A program made the position numbers and the translations under genes. A model generated the notes under the pieces. The model had not been told where the DNA came from, made no database searches, and was given only the letters and a program-made list of their open reading frames with translations. From Clostridia bacterium (GTDB lineage Bacteria > Bacillota > Clostridia > Oscillospirales > Acutalibacteraceae): a DNA stretch of 54,703 nucleotides. Where the stretch lies: NCBI GenBank assembly GCA_017439845.1, contig JAFSIJ010000043.1, forward strand, positions 1-54,703, read 5' to 3'. Position 1 is the first letter of the stretch. Each line of letters starts with the position of its first letter. Shown here one piece after another: positions 1-10,617 of the stretch.

Positions 1-446
1 ATCCCGGTCTTGTCAAGCGCTTGTTCGAGATGGAGGTTCCCGAAATATTTGATGGAACTATCGAAATCAAGTCAATTTCCCGCCAGGCAGGTTCAAGAAC
101 CAAGATTGCGGTTTGGTCGGCAAATGAGGAAATCGATGCTGTTGGCGCTTGTATAGGTCCTAAGGGCGCTCGTGTTAACAAAATTGTTGAAGAACTCGCA
201 GGCGAGAAAATCGATATCGTTAAGTACAGCGATGATCCAACTCTCTATGTAAGTGAAGCGCTTTCACCTGCAAGGGTTGCTTCGGTTGAGATAATCAGCG
301 AGGAGCCTAAGGTTTGCAAAGCAAGTGTTCCCGAAGCTCAGTTGTCACTCGCTATCGGTAACAAGGGTCAGAACGTTCGTCTCGCTGCCAGACTCACAGG
401 TTGGAAGATAGATATCCATCCCGAGAGCGGCTTCTTTGGTGAATAA
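1..446 (+). CDS. nusA: Transcription termination/antitermination factor NusA, C-terminal part (5' end outside window)
   Basis: Reading frame is open from the window edge. It has two KH-type GXXG motifs (CIGPKGARV, AIGNKGQNVRLA). It sits directly upstream of ylxR-L7Ae-infB-rbfA, the conserved operon order. Confidence 0.9.
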   Translation, partial: PGLVKRLFEMEVPEIFDGTIEIKSISRQAGSRTKIAVWSANEEIDAVGACIGPKGARVNKIVEELAGEKIDIVKYSDDPTLYVSEALSPARVASVEIISEEPKVCKASVPEAQLSLAIGNKGQNVRLAARLTGWKIDIHPESGFFGE

Positions 447-448
447 TA

Positions 449-718
449 ATGGGTAGTAAAAAAACACCTATGAGAATGTGCACAGGTTGCAGAGAAATGC
501 AACCCAAAAAAGAGCTTATCAGAATAGTTAAGACTGCCGAGGGCGAAATCAAGGTTGATGCAACGGGAAAGCTTAACGGAAGAGGCGCATATATTTGTAA
601 AAATGTGGAGTGCTTGAAAAAAGCACAAAAAACAAATGCGTTAAGCCGAGCTTTCGAAACATCAGTGTCCCCCGAGGTTTATAGTCAGCTTGAAACGGAG
701 ATAGGTAGCATTGAATGA
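449..718 (+). CDS. ylxR: YlxR/RnpM-family RNA-binding protein (DUF448)
   Basis: 89 aa. The N-terminal RMCxGCR motif (PMRMCTGCREMQPKKELIRIV) and GRGAYIC motif are typical of DUF448. Located between nusA and infB. Confidence 0.85.
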   Translation: MGSKKTPMRMCTGCREMQPKKELIRIVKTAEGEIKVDATGKLNGRGAYICKNVECLKKAQKTNALSRAFETSVSPEVYSQLETEIGSIE

Positions 719-1034
719 AAAGATATTAACACTTTTAGGATTTGCTGCAAAGAGCGGAAACCTTTCCTATGGAATGCAAGCAACAAAATATTCCGTGTTA
801 GGGAAAAAAGCAAAGTTGGTTTTGGTTTCCTATGAAATATCCGAAAAGAGCCGCAAAGAGATGGCTTTTGTATGCGATAAAAGCGCAGTGAAATGTGTTG
901 TTCTCGAAGAGTTTGATATAAACACCGTATCGGCGGCAATCGGCCGCAAGTGCGGAATACTGTCGATAAACGATAATCAGTTTGCTTCGGCAGTTTTGAA
1001 AACTTTATATGGAGGAAATGCTAATGACAAATAA
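711..1034 (+). CDS. ylxQ: L7Ae/L30e-family ribosome-associated protein (YlxQ-like)
   Basis: 107 aa with a TTG start that overlaps the ylxR stop. Conserved position immediately upstream of inf[10 protein letters not shown]-type N-terminus. Confidence 0.75.
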   Translation: MNEKILTLLGFAAKSGNLSYGMQATKYSVLGKKAKLVLVSYEISEKSRKEMAFVCDKSAVKCVVLEEFDINTVSAAIGRKCGILSINDNQFASAVLKTLYGGNANDK

Positions 1035-3537
1035 ATATAAAATAAGTGACCTTGCCAAAGATTTTTCTATGGTATCAAAGGAGCTTGCAGCACTTGTTTC
1101 TAATGCTTTGGGAGTTGAAAAGAAATCGAGCGCATCCTTAAATGAGGAAGAAATCGGAATAGTGTTTGATGCGATTACTAAGGCAAACACTGTTAAGAGC
1201 TTTAAAGAATATTTTGCTATGGGTGATGCCAAGAGGCAGGAAGCCGCCAAAAAGCGCGAGGATGATAAGAATAAGATGCTCGCTGAACAAATGGCTATTC
1301 TTGAACAGTTAAAGGCGGCAGCGGCAGCTCAAAATGCAGCGGCGCAGCCGAAGGAAGAGCCTAAGAAGGAAGAACCCAAAAAGGCAGAGGTTAAGAAAGA
1401 AGAGCCTAAGAAGGAAGCTCCTAAAAAGCAGGAGCCCAAGAAGGAAACTAAAAAAGCCGAGCCAAAGAAAGAGGAAAAGAAACCTGAAACTAAGAAGGAG
1501 CCTGAAATTATCATTGCTCCTCCTAAGAAGGAAAAAGTTCGTGGAGAGGCTCCTAACAGAGGACCGGCGCAGATTCGCCATATTGATACAAGAACATCAA
1601 ATGTAAATATCGATAAGTATAACGAGAAGTATGAGAATATTGCTCCTGCTAATGCTATGAAGGATAACTATACAAGAAAGCAGAAGATTAAGCAAAAATC
1701 TCAGGACTATCGCCGCCCGCAAGGTGCTAAACGCGAAACCGAGGCGGATAAGATGAGGAGACTTCAGCTTGAGAAAATCAAGAAAACTCCTATCACTGTT
1801 ACTGTTGGCGATGAGATTACAGTTGGTGAGCTTGCCGCCGCATTAAAGAAGACTGCGGCTGAGGTAATTAAGGAGCTTCTCAAACTCGGAATGATGACAA
1901 CTGTTAATCAGGTAATAGATTATGATACCGCCGAAATCGTTGTAACTGAAATGGGCGCAAAAATCGAGAGAGCGGTTGTTGTTACCATTGAAGAGCAAAT
2001 TATGGATGATACCGAGGATACCGATGAGAACTTGAAGCCGAGAGACCCGGTTGTAGTTGTTATGGGTCACGTTGACCACGGTAAGACTTCGCTTCTTGAT
2101 GCTATCCGCAATACCGCTGTAACCGATACTGAGGCAGGAGGAATTACACAGCATATCGGTGCTTACAGAGTAAATTGTAAGGGTCAGGATATAACCTTCC
2201 TTGATACCCCGGGTCACGCCGCATTTACCTCTATGCGCCAGCGTGGTGCTATGGCAACCGATATTGCAATTCTCGTTGTTGCTGCCGATGATGGTATAAT
2301 GCCGCAAACTATTGAGGCTATTAACCATGCAAGAGCGGCAGAGGTTCAAATCATTGTTGCAATAAATAAGATGGATAAACCCGACGCCAACCCCGATAGA
2401 GTGCTTCAGCAGTTAACCGAGCATTCGGTTGTTCCTGAGCAGTGGGGCGGCGATGTTATATGTGTTCCCGTTTCGGCTAAAACACACGATGGTATTGATA
2501 ACCTTCTTGAGAATGTTCTTCTCGTTGCCGAAATGATGGAATTAAAGGCTAACCCCGATAGGCGCGCAAAGGGTGTTGTTATCGAGGCTCGTCTTGATAA
2601 GGGTAGAGGCCCTGTTGCAACACTTCTCGTTCAGAATGGTACTCTTAATTCGGGCGATATAGTTGTTGCAGGAACCTCGGTTGGTCGTGTTCGTGTTATG
2701 ACCAACGAAAACGGAAAGACATTAAAGGTTGCGGGACCGAGTGTTCCTGTTGAGATAACCGGTCTTGCTGAAACACCTGATGCAGGCGATACCTTCGATG
2801 CAGTTTCTGATGAAAGACTTGCTCGCCAGCTTGTTGAACAAAGAAAGCAAAAGGCTAAGGAAGAAATCTTTAATGCTTCTCAGAAGGTTACACTTGATAA
2901 CCTCTTCTCTCAGCTCAGCGAGGGTGAGCTTAAAGAGCTTAAAATTATAGTTAAAGCCGATGTTCAGGGTAGTGTTGAGGCAGTTAAGCAAAGCCTTGAA
3001 AAGCTCTCTAACGAAGAAGTTAGAGTTAAGGTTATTCACGGCGGCGTTGGCGCTATCAATGAATCGGATGAAATGCTTGCAAAAACTTCGGGCGCTATCA
3101 TCGTTGGCTTTAACGTTCGTCCCGATGCGGTTGCAAAGGCTGCTGCCGATAAGGATGGCGTTGATATGCGTATGTATAGAGTTATCTATGACTGTATTGA
3201 GGAAGTAGAGGCTGCTATGAAGGGTATGCTCGCTCCGAAATATAGAGAAAATGTTCTTGGAACAGTTGAGGTTAGAGATACCTATAAGATTTCTAATGTT
3301 GGCACCATCGCAGGTTGTTATATAACCGATGGTAAGGTAACAAGAGCTTGTCAGATAAGAATTGTTCGTGATGGCATTGTTATCGCCGAGGATAAGATTG
3401 ATTCCTTGCGCAGATTCAAGGATGATGTTAAGGAAGTAGCGCAAGGCTATGAATGTGGTATAGGACTTGAGAAATTCTCCGATATTAAGGTTGGAGATGT
3501 ATTTGAGGCCTTTATTATGGAGGAATACAGAGATTAA
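1024..3537 (+). CDS. infB: Translation initiation factor IF-2
   Basis: G-domain motifs [17 protein letters not shown] and SAK. Lys/Glu/Pro-rich N-terminal linker. The ORF opens at 1009, but GGAGGA at 1011-1016 favours the ATG at 1024. Confidence 0.95.
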   Translation: MTNKYKISDLAKDFSMVSKELAALVSNALGVEKKSSASLNEEEIGIVFDAITKANTVKSFKEYFAMGDAKRQEAAKKREDDKNKMLAEQMAILEQLKAAAAAQNAAAQPKEEPKKEEPKKAEVKKEEPKKEAPKKQEPKKETKKAEPKKEEKKPETKKEPEIIIAPPKKEKVRGEAPNRGPAQIRHIDTRTSNVNIDKYNEKYENIAPANAMKDNYTRKQKIKQKSQDYRRPQGAKRETEADKMRRLQLEKIKKTPITVTVGDEITVGELAAALKKTAAEVIKELLKLGMMTTVNQVIDYDTAEIVVTEMGAKIERAVVVTIEEQIMDDTEDTDENLKPRDPVVVVMGHVDHGKTSLLDAIRNTAVTDTEAGGITQHIGAYRVNCKGQDITFLDTPGHAAFTSMRQRGAMATDIAILVVAADDGIMPQTIEAINHARAAEVQIIVAINKMDKPDANPDRVLQQLTEHSVVPEQWGGDVICVPVSAKTHDGIDNLLENVLLVAEMMELKANPDRRAKGVVIEARLDKGRGPVATLLVQNGTLNSGDIVVAGTSVGRVRVMTNENGKTLKVAGPSVPVEITGLAETPDAGDTFDAVSDERLARQLVEQRKQKAKEEIFNASQKVTLDNLFSQLSEGELKELKIIVKADVQGSVEAVKQSLEKLSNEEVRVKVIHGGVGAINESDEMLAKTSGAIIVGFNVRPDAVAKAAADKDGVDMRMYRVIYDCIEEVEAAMKGMLAPKYRENVLGTVEVRDTYKISNVGTIAGCYITDGKVTRACQIRIVRDGIVIAEDKIDSLRRFKDDVKEVAQGYECGIGLEKFSDIKVGDVFEAFIMEEYRD

Positions 3538-3893
3538 TGGCAGGATTTAAAATTAACCGTATAACTTCGTATGTTAAAATAGCGCTATCATCGATACTTC
3601 GTGATGTTAAGGACCCGAGAATAAGCAAGCTTTTAAGCATTGTCAAGGTTGATGTTTCGGGTGACCTTTCCTATGCAACTGTTTATGTTAGCGCCATCGA
3701 AGGAAATGAAAAAACAATCGAATCGGTTAAAGCGTTAAAGGGTGCGGCGGGTTATATCCGCCGTGAACTCGGCGCCAGCTTAAAGCTCCGCAAGGTTCCC
3801 GAGCTTCGCTTTGTTGCCGATAATTCAATTGAACACAGTGCCAATATCTCAAGAATAATTGAATCGTTTGAGGAAAGAGAAGATGAAGAATAA
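3537..3893 (+). CDS. rbfA: Ribosome-binding factor A
   Basis: 118 aa. Start overlaps the infB stop (TAATG). Typical RbfA sequence (VKDPRI...VSGDLSYATVYV) and operon position. Confidence 0.9.
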   Translation: MAGFKINRITSYVKIALSSILRDVKDPRISKLLSIVKVDVSGDLSYATVYVSAIEGNEKTIESVKALKGAAGYIRRELGASLKLRKVPELRFVADNSIEHSANISRIIESFEEREDEE

Positions 3894-4887
3894 GATTAAG
3901 GCGGAGTGCAAGCTTCTTTCGCTTCGCAAAACTGCTCGTTTTCTTAAGAAAAGAGATAATTTTATTATACTGACCCACGCTTCTCCCGATGGTGATACAT
4001 TAGGCTCCGCCTATGCCCTTTATTACGGACTTAAAGAAATAGGCAAGGTGGCTGCAGTTATATGCCCTGATGTTATCCCGAAAAAGTACGGATATTTTGC
4101 CCGTACAACCGACCACGTTTTAAAGGAAAACTCAACCGTTATTGCGGTGGATGTTGCCGATGCTAATTTGCTTGGCGCATTAAAAGAGGAGTTTGGCAGT
4201 ATAGTAGACCTTAATATTGACCATCACGTTTCTAATATGAGATTTGCTAAAAATCTCTATCTTGATGCGGATGCATCATCAACCGCTGAAATTATATTTG
4301 AGCTTTTGCTTGCTATGAAGGTTAATATAAACGATATAACTGCAAGAGCAATATATACGGGTATCGCAACCGATACGGGTTGCTTTAAGTATTCCAATGT
4401 GAATGCAAAAACCCACCTTATTGCTTCTATGTTATATGAATATGAGCTTGATGCAGCCGAAATTAACCGCATTATGTTTGATACTAAATCTCACGCTTTG
4501 TTAGAGCTTGAAAGACAGGTGCTCGAAACAGCCGAATTCCATTTTGATAATAAATGTATGCTTTTGTGCGTAACCGCCGAAATGCAGGAGAAAACAGGCT
4601 GCAGCGGAACCGAGCTTGAGGGAATTGCGGTAATCTCGCGCAGTGTTGAGGGAGTTGAAGCAGGAATAACTATTAAACAAATCGGAGATGATGAGTTTAA
4701 GGTTTCGCTTCGAACCTTCCCGCCACTTGATGCATCGGCTATATGCAAAATGTTGGGCGGCGGCGGCCACAAGGGTGCCGCAGGTGCAACAGTTAAGGGC
4801 AGTATAGATGAGGTTAAAACTGCTGTTCTCGATGCCGTAAAGCAGGTTATGGAGGATACTTATGCAGGGGTTAATACTTCTCGATAA
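3883..4887 (+). CDS. nrnA: DHH/DHHA1 phosphoesterase (NrnA-type oligoribonuclease/pAp phosphatase)
   Basis: Motifs HASPDGDTLGS, DHH (NIDHH) and GGGGH (DHHA1). The ORF opens at 3859, but the ATG at 3883 has a GAGGAAAG Shine-Dalgarno. Confidence 0.85.
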   Translation: MKNKIKAECKLLSLRKTARFLKKRDNFIILTHASPDGDTLGSAYALYYGLKEIGKVAAVICPDVIPKKYGYFARTTDHVLKENSTVIAVDVADANLLGALKEEFGSIVDLNIDHHVSNMRFAKNLYLDADASSTAEIIFELLLAMKVNINDITARAIYTGIATDTGCFKYSNVNAKTHLIASMLYEYELDAAEINRIMFDTKSHALLELERQVLETAEFHFDNKCMLLCVTAEMQEKTGCSGTELEGIAVISRSVEGVEAGITIKQIGDDEFKVSLRTFPPLDASAICKMLGGGGHKGAAGATVKGSIDEVKTAVLDAVKQVMEDTYAGVNTSR

Positions 4888-6583
4888 AACTAAAGATATT
4901 ACCTCGTTTGGCGCCGTTGCGCGCATAAAACACCTTTGCGGTGAAAAGAGGGTAGGTCACACCGGTACGCTAGACCCATTGGCTACCGGTGTTTTGCCCG
5001 TGCTTATCGGTAAGGCAACTGCATTAAGCGGCTATATGCTTGATGCCGATAAAAGATACATCGCAACGGTGAAGCTTGGTGTCACTACCGATACCGAGGA
5101 TATAACGGGTGAGGTAATAGAAGAGCGAGAAGTTAGCGTAACTCAAGATAGGTTAGAAAAAACACTTCAAAAATTTGTTGGCAAGCTTATGCAACGCCCG
5201 CCAATGTATAGCGCACTTAAAAAGGATGGAATTCCTATGTATGAGCGCGCAAGAAGGGGCGAGAAAATAGATATCCCCGAAAGAGAAATAACCGTTCATT
5301 CGTTAAAGGTTTTAGAGTCGCTCAGCGCTGACAACACCTTTTCCTTTGAGGCGAGTGTCTCAAAAGGAACCTATATCCGTTCACTTATAAGGGATATAGG
5401 CGAGGAACTCGGTTGTGGCGCAGTGATGACCGAGCTTCGCAGAACCGAAACTGCGAATATAGATATTTCAAAATGCGTTAGCCTTGATAAGCTTAATTTC
5501 AAAAATATAAAGGACTATATAATAAACGAGGAAAATGCAGTTTCCTATATGAAAGAAGCTTTTGTAAGTGGGGCTCAGGCAGAACGATTCACAAATGGCG
5601 GAACCTTGAGCCTTGATAGACTTAAAATTGCGCCTAATCATAATGGAGAGCTTTTAAGGGTTAAATTTAAGGATAAGTTTTTAGGCGTTGGCAGGGTAGA
5701 TTTAGATAGCAGGGAGTTAAAGGTTGAGTGTGTTATAAACTATCCAAAGCTATCTAACGCTATAGCACTCGGCACCTTTGATGGCGTTCATTCGGCTCAT
5801 AAAAAGGTGTTAGACCTGCCCGAAAAATATAAAAAGATAGCGGTTTGCTTTTCTTTGCCACCCAAAACATATTTTGGAAATGAGGCAAGGCTTTTAACCG
5901 ATGAACAAACGAAAAAAGCAATGCTAAAGAATGCAGGAATGGATGAGGTATGCTCGCTCGAATTTAGCGACTTTCGGGATAAAACCCCAATGGAATTCCT
6001 TTTATTCTTGAAAGAAAGATTTTCACCAAAGGTTATTTCCTGCGGATATAATTATCGCTTTGGAAAGGATGCCGCAGGCGATATAAAGCTCCTTGAAGCT
6101 TTTTGCAAGGAAAACGAAATCAAGCTTATTTGCGAAAAAAAGGTTGAAAGGGGCGGCAAAACTGTTTCTTCAACCGCAATTCGTGAGCTTTTAGCGAATG
6201 GGAAAATCAAAGAGGCAAACTCAATGCTCGGGTATAAGTTTTCTTTCACTGCCGAGGTTATCGGTGGAGATAAAAGAGGGCGAACGCTCGGCTTTCCAAC
6301 GGTTAATCAGCGTTATCCCGAAGAGTTAGCAAGGCTTAAAAACGGAGTTTATAAAACAAGGGTTATCGTTAAGGGAGAAGAATATGAGGGAATTACCAAT
6401 ATAGGTAACAGACCAACATATCCTATAGATTTTATCGTTAGCGAAACCTACATTAAGAATTTTTCAGAAGAAATATATGGAGAAAAGGTAACGATAATTC
6501 CGCTTAGCTTTTTAAGAGAGGAAAAGAAATTCGTAAACATAGAAGAATTAAAACAACAAATTTTACTTGATTTAGGTGAATAG
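4862..6583 (+). CDS. truB/ribF: Fused tRNA pseudouridine-55 synthase TruB (aa ~1-295) and riboflavin kinase/FAD synthetase RibF (aa ~296-573)
   Basis: N-terminal half has the TruB catalytic motif HTGTLDPLATGVL and a PUA-like tail. C-terminal half has the RibF motifs GTFDGVHSAH and GDKRGRTLGFPTVN. One uninterrupted 573-codon ORF. Confidence 0.85.
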   Translation: MQGLILLDKTKDITSFGAVARIKHLCGEKRVGHTGTLDPLATGVLPVLIGKATALSGYMLDADKRYIATVKLGVTTDTEDITGEVIEEREVSVTQDRLEKTLQKFVGKLMQRPPMYSALKKDGIPMYERARRGEKIDIPEREITVHSLKVLESLSADNTFSFEASVSKGTYIRSLIRDIGEELGCGAVMTELRRTETANIDISKCVSLDKLNFKNIKDYIINEENAVSYMKEAFVSGAQAERFTNGGTLSLDRLKIAPNHNGELLRVKFKDKFLGVGRVDLDSRELKVECVINYPKLSNAIALGTFDGVHSAHKKVLDLPEKYKKIAVCFSLPPKTYFGNEARLLTDEQTKKAMLKNAGMDEVCSLEFSDFRDKTPMEFLLFLKERFSPKVISCGYNYRFGKDAAGDIKLLEAFCKENEIKLICEKKVERGGKTVSSTAIRELLANGKIKEANSMLGYKFSFTAEVIGGDKRGRTLGFPTVNQRYPEELARLKNGVYKTRVIVKGEEYEGITNIGNRPTYPIDFIVSETYIKNFSEEIYGEKVTIIPLSFLREEKKFVNIEELKQQILLDLGE

Positions 6584-6584
6584 A

Positions 6585-7175
6585 ATGTTTTTAAAAAAAG
6601 GACCAACTTATGATTGGCTCATAGCGGGGCTCGGAAATCCCGGTATCCAATATGAAAAAACCCGCCATAATGCAGGCTTTATGTGTATCGATGCCTTTGC
6701 CGAAAAGAATGGCGCAAGGATAGAAAAACATAAATTTGATGCTATTATCGGCGAAGCAAGAATAGGGGATAGCAGGGTTTTGCTCGCAAAACCGCAAACC
6801 TTTATGAATCTTTCGGGCAAGTCGGTAACCGCTATTGCAAAATTTTATAAAATTCCTTATGATAAGGTTTTGGTAATCTTTGATGATATCTCGCTCGATG
6901 TTGGTAAAATAAGAGTGAGAAGGTCGGGAAGTGATGGCGGCCATAACGGAATAAAGGATATTATCGAGCTTTCGGGCACAAATAATATCCCGAGAATCAA
7001 GGTGGGTGTTGGTAAAAAGCCGCACCCCGATTATGACCTTAAGGATTATGTTCTCGGCAAGTTCCCCGAGAGCGAAAAGGAAAACCTTGAAAATGCCATA
7101 AATAAGTGCATAAAAGCGGCAGAAGAAATAATCAAGCGCGGAATTGATTCCGCTATGAATAAATATAATGGTTAA
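6585..7175 (+). CDS. pth: Peptidyl-tRNA hydrolase
   Basis: GLGNPG...TRHNAGF and GGHNG motifs. The ATG at 6585 follows AGGTGA; the ORF opens at GTG 6576. Confidence 0.9.
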   Translation: MFLKKGPTYDWLIAGLGNPGIQYEKTRHNAGFMCIDAFAEKNGARIEKHKFDAIIGEARIGDSRVLLAKPQTFMNLSGKSVTAIAKFYKIPYDKVLVIFDDISLDVGKIRVRRSGSDGGHNGIKDIIELSGTNNIPRIKVGVGKKPHPDYDLKDYVLGKFPESEKENLENAINKCIKAAEEIIKRGIDSAMNKYNG

Positions 7176-10100
7176 TTCAATGAATTTTTTATTTAAAGAG
7201 TTATCTCTTGATGCCGATTATAAATCACTTCTAAATAGTGTTTTGAAGGATAGAATGCCGATAGTTGCAACAGGTCTTTCGGATATCCATAAGGCTCTTG
7301 TTGTGTCGGCGCTAACAAGCGAGCTTTCTCGAAAGGCGGTTATAATAACCGATACCGAGGCTGCGGCTAACACCCTTAAGGATGACTTTAATTCCTTCGG
7401 CGTTTCCTGTGTTAATTTCCCTTCAAGAGATTATTGCATAGGCGATATAGAAGGCTATTCAAGAGAGTATGAACATAAGAGAATACACACCCTATCCAAG
7501 CTTTTGGATGGGGATTTTTCCGTGCTCACAATGTCGGTTGAGGCAGCCTTGCAGTATACCGTTCCAAAAGAGATTTTAAGGGATAATCTAATCGAACTTA
7601 AAGTCGGCAAAGAGTATGATTTAAAGGCTCTTATCAGCGCGCTCATTAGCGGCGGATATTCAAGATGTGAGCAATGCTCGGGCGCAGGTCAGTTCTCGGT
7701 TCGCGGCGGAATTTTGGATGTATTCCCCGTTAATTCTCTCTATCCTTATAGGGTTGAATTTTGGGGCGATGAAATCGATAGCATTTGCGAATTTGATGTT
7801 TTAAGTCAAAGAAGAAATGAAAGTGTGGATAGTATAACTGTTTGCCCTGCAAGTGAGGTTATATTTGATGCGGGAGAGCTTGCGAAAACGCTTGAAGAAT
7901 ATGCCGAAAACGGAAAAGACTTAACAGATAAGCAGGAAATAATGCTAAACCGAGATGCCGAAAAGTTATATAGCGGAATAAATATATGCTCCGATAGATA
8001 TATCCCCCTTATCTACAAAGAGGGACAAACGATTTTTGATTATTTAGATGAAAATGCAATTTTCATTCTTGCCAACAGCGGAAATATATCCGCTCAAATA
8101 AAAACTCTTTCCGAGCGGCAGAATATGGATGCCGAAAACTTTTTAAGCGAGGGCTTTTTATCCAAAGAAACCTTTAAGCTTTATCTTAACGAGGATGAGC
8201 TTTATGATAGACTTTGTAATGTTTGCTTTATGGAGAATTTCCCGAGAAATTCTTATGAAATGGCAATAAAGGATGTTGTTAATTTTAACTTAAAGCGTTC
8301 ATCCGCCTGGAGTGGAGATATAAATATACTGCTTGATGATATTTCCTATTTGGTTGAGCAGGGCGGAAAGGTTGTTATATTGGCAGGTGAAAAGCGTGCC
8401 GCTATGCTTCTTAGCGAGCAGCTTTGCGAAAAGGGAATGCCCTGCCGCTATGATGAAAAACCCGAGGAAATAGGAAAGGGAATAACCGTTCTTGCAGGCG
8501 GACTTTCGGCAGGCTTTGAAATACCATCCGTAAGATTTATGCTCATAACCCACCGTTATATAGCGGCGGAAAACAAAAAAAGGAAAAAATATAAGGTTAA
8601 GGATGCCAAGGCGATAAATTCAATAGAGGAGCTCAAAAAGGGTGACTATGTTGTCCATGATGCCCATGGTATAGGCATTTTTGATGGAATTAACCGCATA
8701 ACCAACGATGGTGTTACAAAGGACTATATCCGCATTAAATATGCAAAAAGCGATGTTCTTTATGTCCCTGTTAATCAGCTTGATTTAGTTTCTAAATATA
8801 TCGGTGCCGCGGCGGAGAACGGAAGCATTAAGGTTAACCGCTTGGGCGGAGTCGAATGGCAAAAAACAAGAAGCCGTGTTCGTGCGGCGGTTAAAAATAT
8901 GGCAAAGCAGTTAACCGCATTATATGCTCGAAGAATGGCGGCAAAGGGCTATGCCTTTTCACCCGATACCGACCTTCAAAATGACTTTGAACGCAGATTC
9001 GAGTATGATGAAACCGATGATCAGCTTCGCGCAATAAATGAAATAAAACGCGATATGGAACGGGAAGTTCCGATGGATAGGCTCCTTTGCGGCGATGTCG
9101 GCTTTGGCAAAACCGAGGTTGCCTTGCGCGCGGCATTTAAGTGTATAAGCGAGGGCAAGCAGTGTGCGGTACTTGTGCCAACAACAATTCTTGCTATGCA
9201 GCATTATAATACCATCCTTCGCCGTTTTGGTGATATGCCCGTAACGGTTGGTATGCTCTCTCGTTTTGTAACAAAGCGTAAGCAGGAGCAAATTGTAAAA
9301 GACCTTAAAGACGGAAGACTCGACCTCGTTGTCGGAACGCATAGACTTATCTCAAAGGATGTTGAGTTTAAAAATATCGGTCTTGTTATTATCGATGAGG
9401 AACAGCGCTTCGGTGTTGCCCAAAAGGAAAGGCTTAAAGAATTATATCCCTTTGTAGATATATTAACCCTTAGCGCAACACCGATACCAAGAACACTTAA
9501 TATGGCTATGTCAGGACTTCGTGATATGTCGGCAATAGATGAAGCACCGGGGGATAGATACCCCGTTCAAACCTATGTGCTTGAACAAAATATGGGTGTT
9601 ATAATAGATGCCATAAATAAGGAAATAAGGCGAGGCGGTCAGGTTTATTATCTGCACAACAGGGTTGAAACCATAACACACTGCGCCGCAAGGCTGAAAC
9701 AACGATTGCCCGAGGATGTTAATATCGGTATTGCCCACGGAAAAATGAGTGAGGATGAGCTAAGCGATATTTGGAAAAAGCTTCTCGAACACGAGATAGA
9801 TGTTCTTGTTTGCACAACCATTATCGAAACAGGTGTCGATGTTCCGAATGCCAACACGCTTATAATAGAAAATGCCGATAGAATGGGACTCTCTCAGCTT
9901 CATCAATTAAGAGGTAGAGTCGGCAGATCTCCAAGGCGAGCCTATGCATATTTCTGTTTTGAAAGAAACAAACAGCTAACCGATATAGCTTCAAAAAGAC
10001 TTGAAGCCATAAGGGAATATACCGAGTTTGGCTCAGGCTTTAAAATAGCTATGCGCGACCTTGAAATAAGGGGAGCAGGCAGTATTTTAGGCGGCGAGCA

Positions 10101-10617
10101 GCACGGAAATATGGAGGCAGTCGGCTATGATATGTATCTAAAACTGTTGTCCGATGCGGTTAATGAGCAAAACGGTGTTGAGGTAAAGCAGGAAATTGTT
10201 TGCAATATAGACCTTAATGTTTCGGCATTTATTCCCGATAATTATATCGAGTCGCTCCCTGCAAGACTTAATATTTATAGGAGAATTGCCGATATAAAAA
10301 CGGATGAAGATGCATCGGATGTTATCGATGAGCTCTGCGACCGTTTTGGTGAGCCGCCAAAAACTGTTATGGGGCTTATAAATATCTCGCTTCTCAGAAA
10401 CAAAGCGCAAAGCCATTATATTTCGGAGATAACGCAAGAAAACAAACAAATTCTTCTTGAAACGAACGAATTAAGGGAAGAAACCGTTTCGGCACTCTCT
10501 TCATTTTTTGGTGACCGCTTTAGTCTTTCGGCAACCGCTAAAAACGGATATTTGATAAAAATACCCGACAATGAAAAGCTAACGAGTGTCATCGAAGAGA
10601 TCATAAAAGCACTTTAG
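7168..10617 (+). CDS. mfd: Transcription-repair coupling factor Mfd
   Basis: 1149 aa. Contains a UvrB-homology region, a CarD/TRCF RID domain, and superfamily-2 helicase motifs (GDVGFGKTEV, DEEQRFG, QLRGRVGR). Follows pth as in many Firmicutes. Start is ambiguous between 7168 and 7180. Confidence 0.95.
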   Translation: MVNSMNFLFKELSLDADYKSLLNSVLKDRMPIVATGLSDIHKALVVSALTSELSRKAVIITDTEAAANTLKDDFNSFGVSCVNFPSRDYCIGDIEGYSREYEHKRIHTLSKLLDGDFSVLTMSVEAALQYTVPKEILRDNLIELKVGKEYDLKALISALISGGYSRCEQCSGAGQFSVRGGILDVFPVNSLYPYRVEFWGDEIDSICEFDVLSQRRNESVDSITVCPASEVIFDAGELAKTLEEYAENGKDLTDKQEIMLNRDAEKLYSGINICSDRYIPLIYKEGQTIFDYLDENAIFILANSGNISAQIKTLSERQNMDAENFLSEGFLSKETFKLYLNEDELYDRLCNVCFMENFPRNSYEMAIKDVVNFNLKRSSAWSGDINILLDDISYLVEQGGKVVILAGEKRAAMLLSEQLCEKGMPCRYDEKPEEIGKGITVLAGGLSAGFEIPSVRFMLITHRYIAAENKKRKKYKVKDAKAINSIEELKKGDYVVHDAHGIGIFDGINRITNDGVTKDYIRIKYAKSDVLYVPVNQLDLVSKYIGAAAENGSIKVNRLGGVEWQKTRSRVRAAVKNMAKQLTALYARRMAAKGYAFSPDTDLQNDFERRFEYDETDDQLRAINEIKRDMEREVPMDRLLCGDVGFGKTEVALRAAFKCISEGKQCAVLVPTTILAMQHYNTILRRFGDMPVTVGMLSRFVTKRKQEQIVKDLKDGRLDLVVGTHRLISKDVEFKNIGLVIIDEEQRFGVAQKERLKELYPFVDILTLSATPIPRTLNMAMSGLRDMSAIDEAPGDRYPVQTYVLEQNMGVIIDAINKEIRRGGQVYYLHNRVETITHCAARLKQRLPEDVNIGIAHGKMSEDELSDIWKKLLEHEIDVLVCTTIIETGVDVPNANTLIIENADRMGLSQLHQLRGRVGRSPRRAYAYFCFERNKQLTDIASKRLEAIREYTEFGSGFKIAMRDLEIRGAGSILGGEQHGNMEAVGYDMYLKLLSDAVNEQNGVEVKQEIVCNIDLNVSAFIPDNYIESLPARLNIYRRIADIKTDEDASDVIDELCDRFGEPPKTVMGLINISLLRNKAQSHYISEITQENKQILLETNELREETVSALSSFFGDRFSLSATAKNGYLIKIPDNEKLTSVIEEIIKAL

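Noticed and set aside
1309-1606. Three overlapping ORFs on both strands (1309-1581, 1329-1514, 1334-1606).
   Set aside because: They lie within the Lys/Glu/Pro-rich repetitive linker of infB (AAGAAGGAAGAGCCT-type repeats). Low-complexity sequence is open in several frames, and the infB frame is the only one with a recognisable product.
2722-3444. 240-aa antisense ORF inside infB.
   Set aside because: It is entirely contained in the confidently identified IF-2 C-terminal region. It has no recognisable motifs and no start context.
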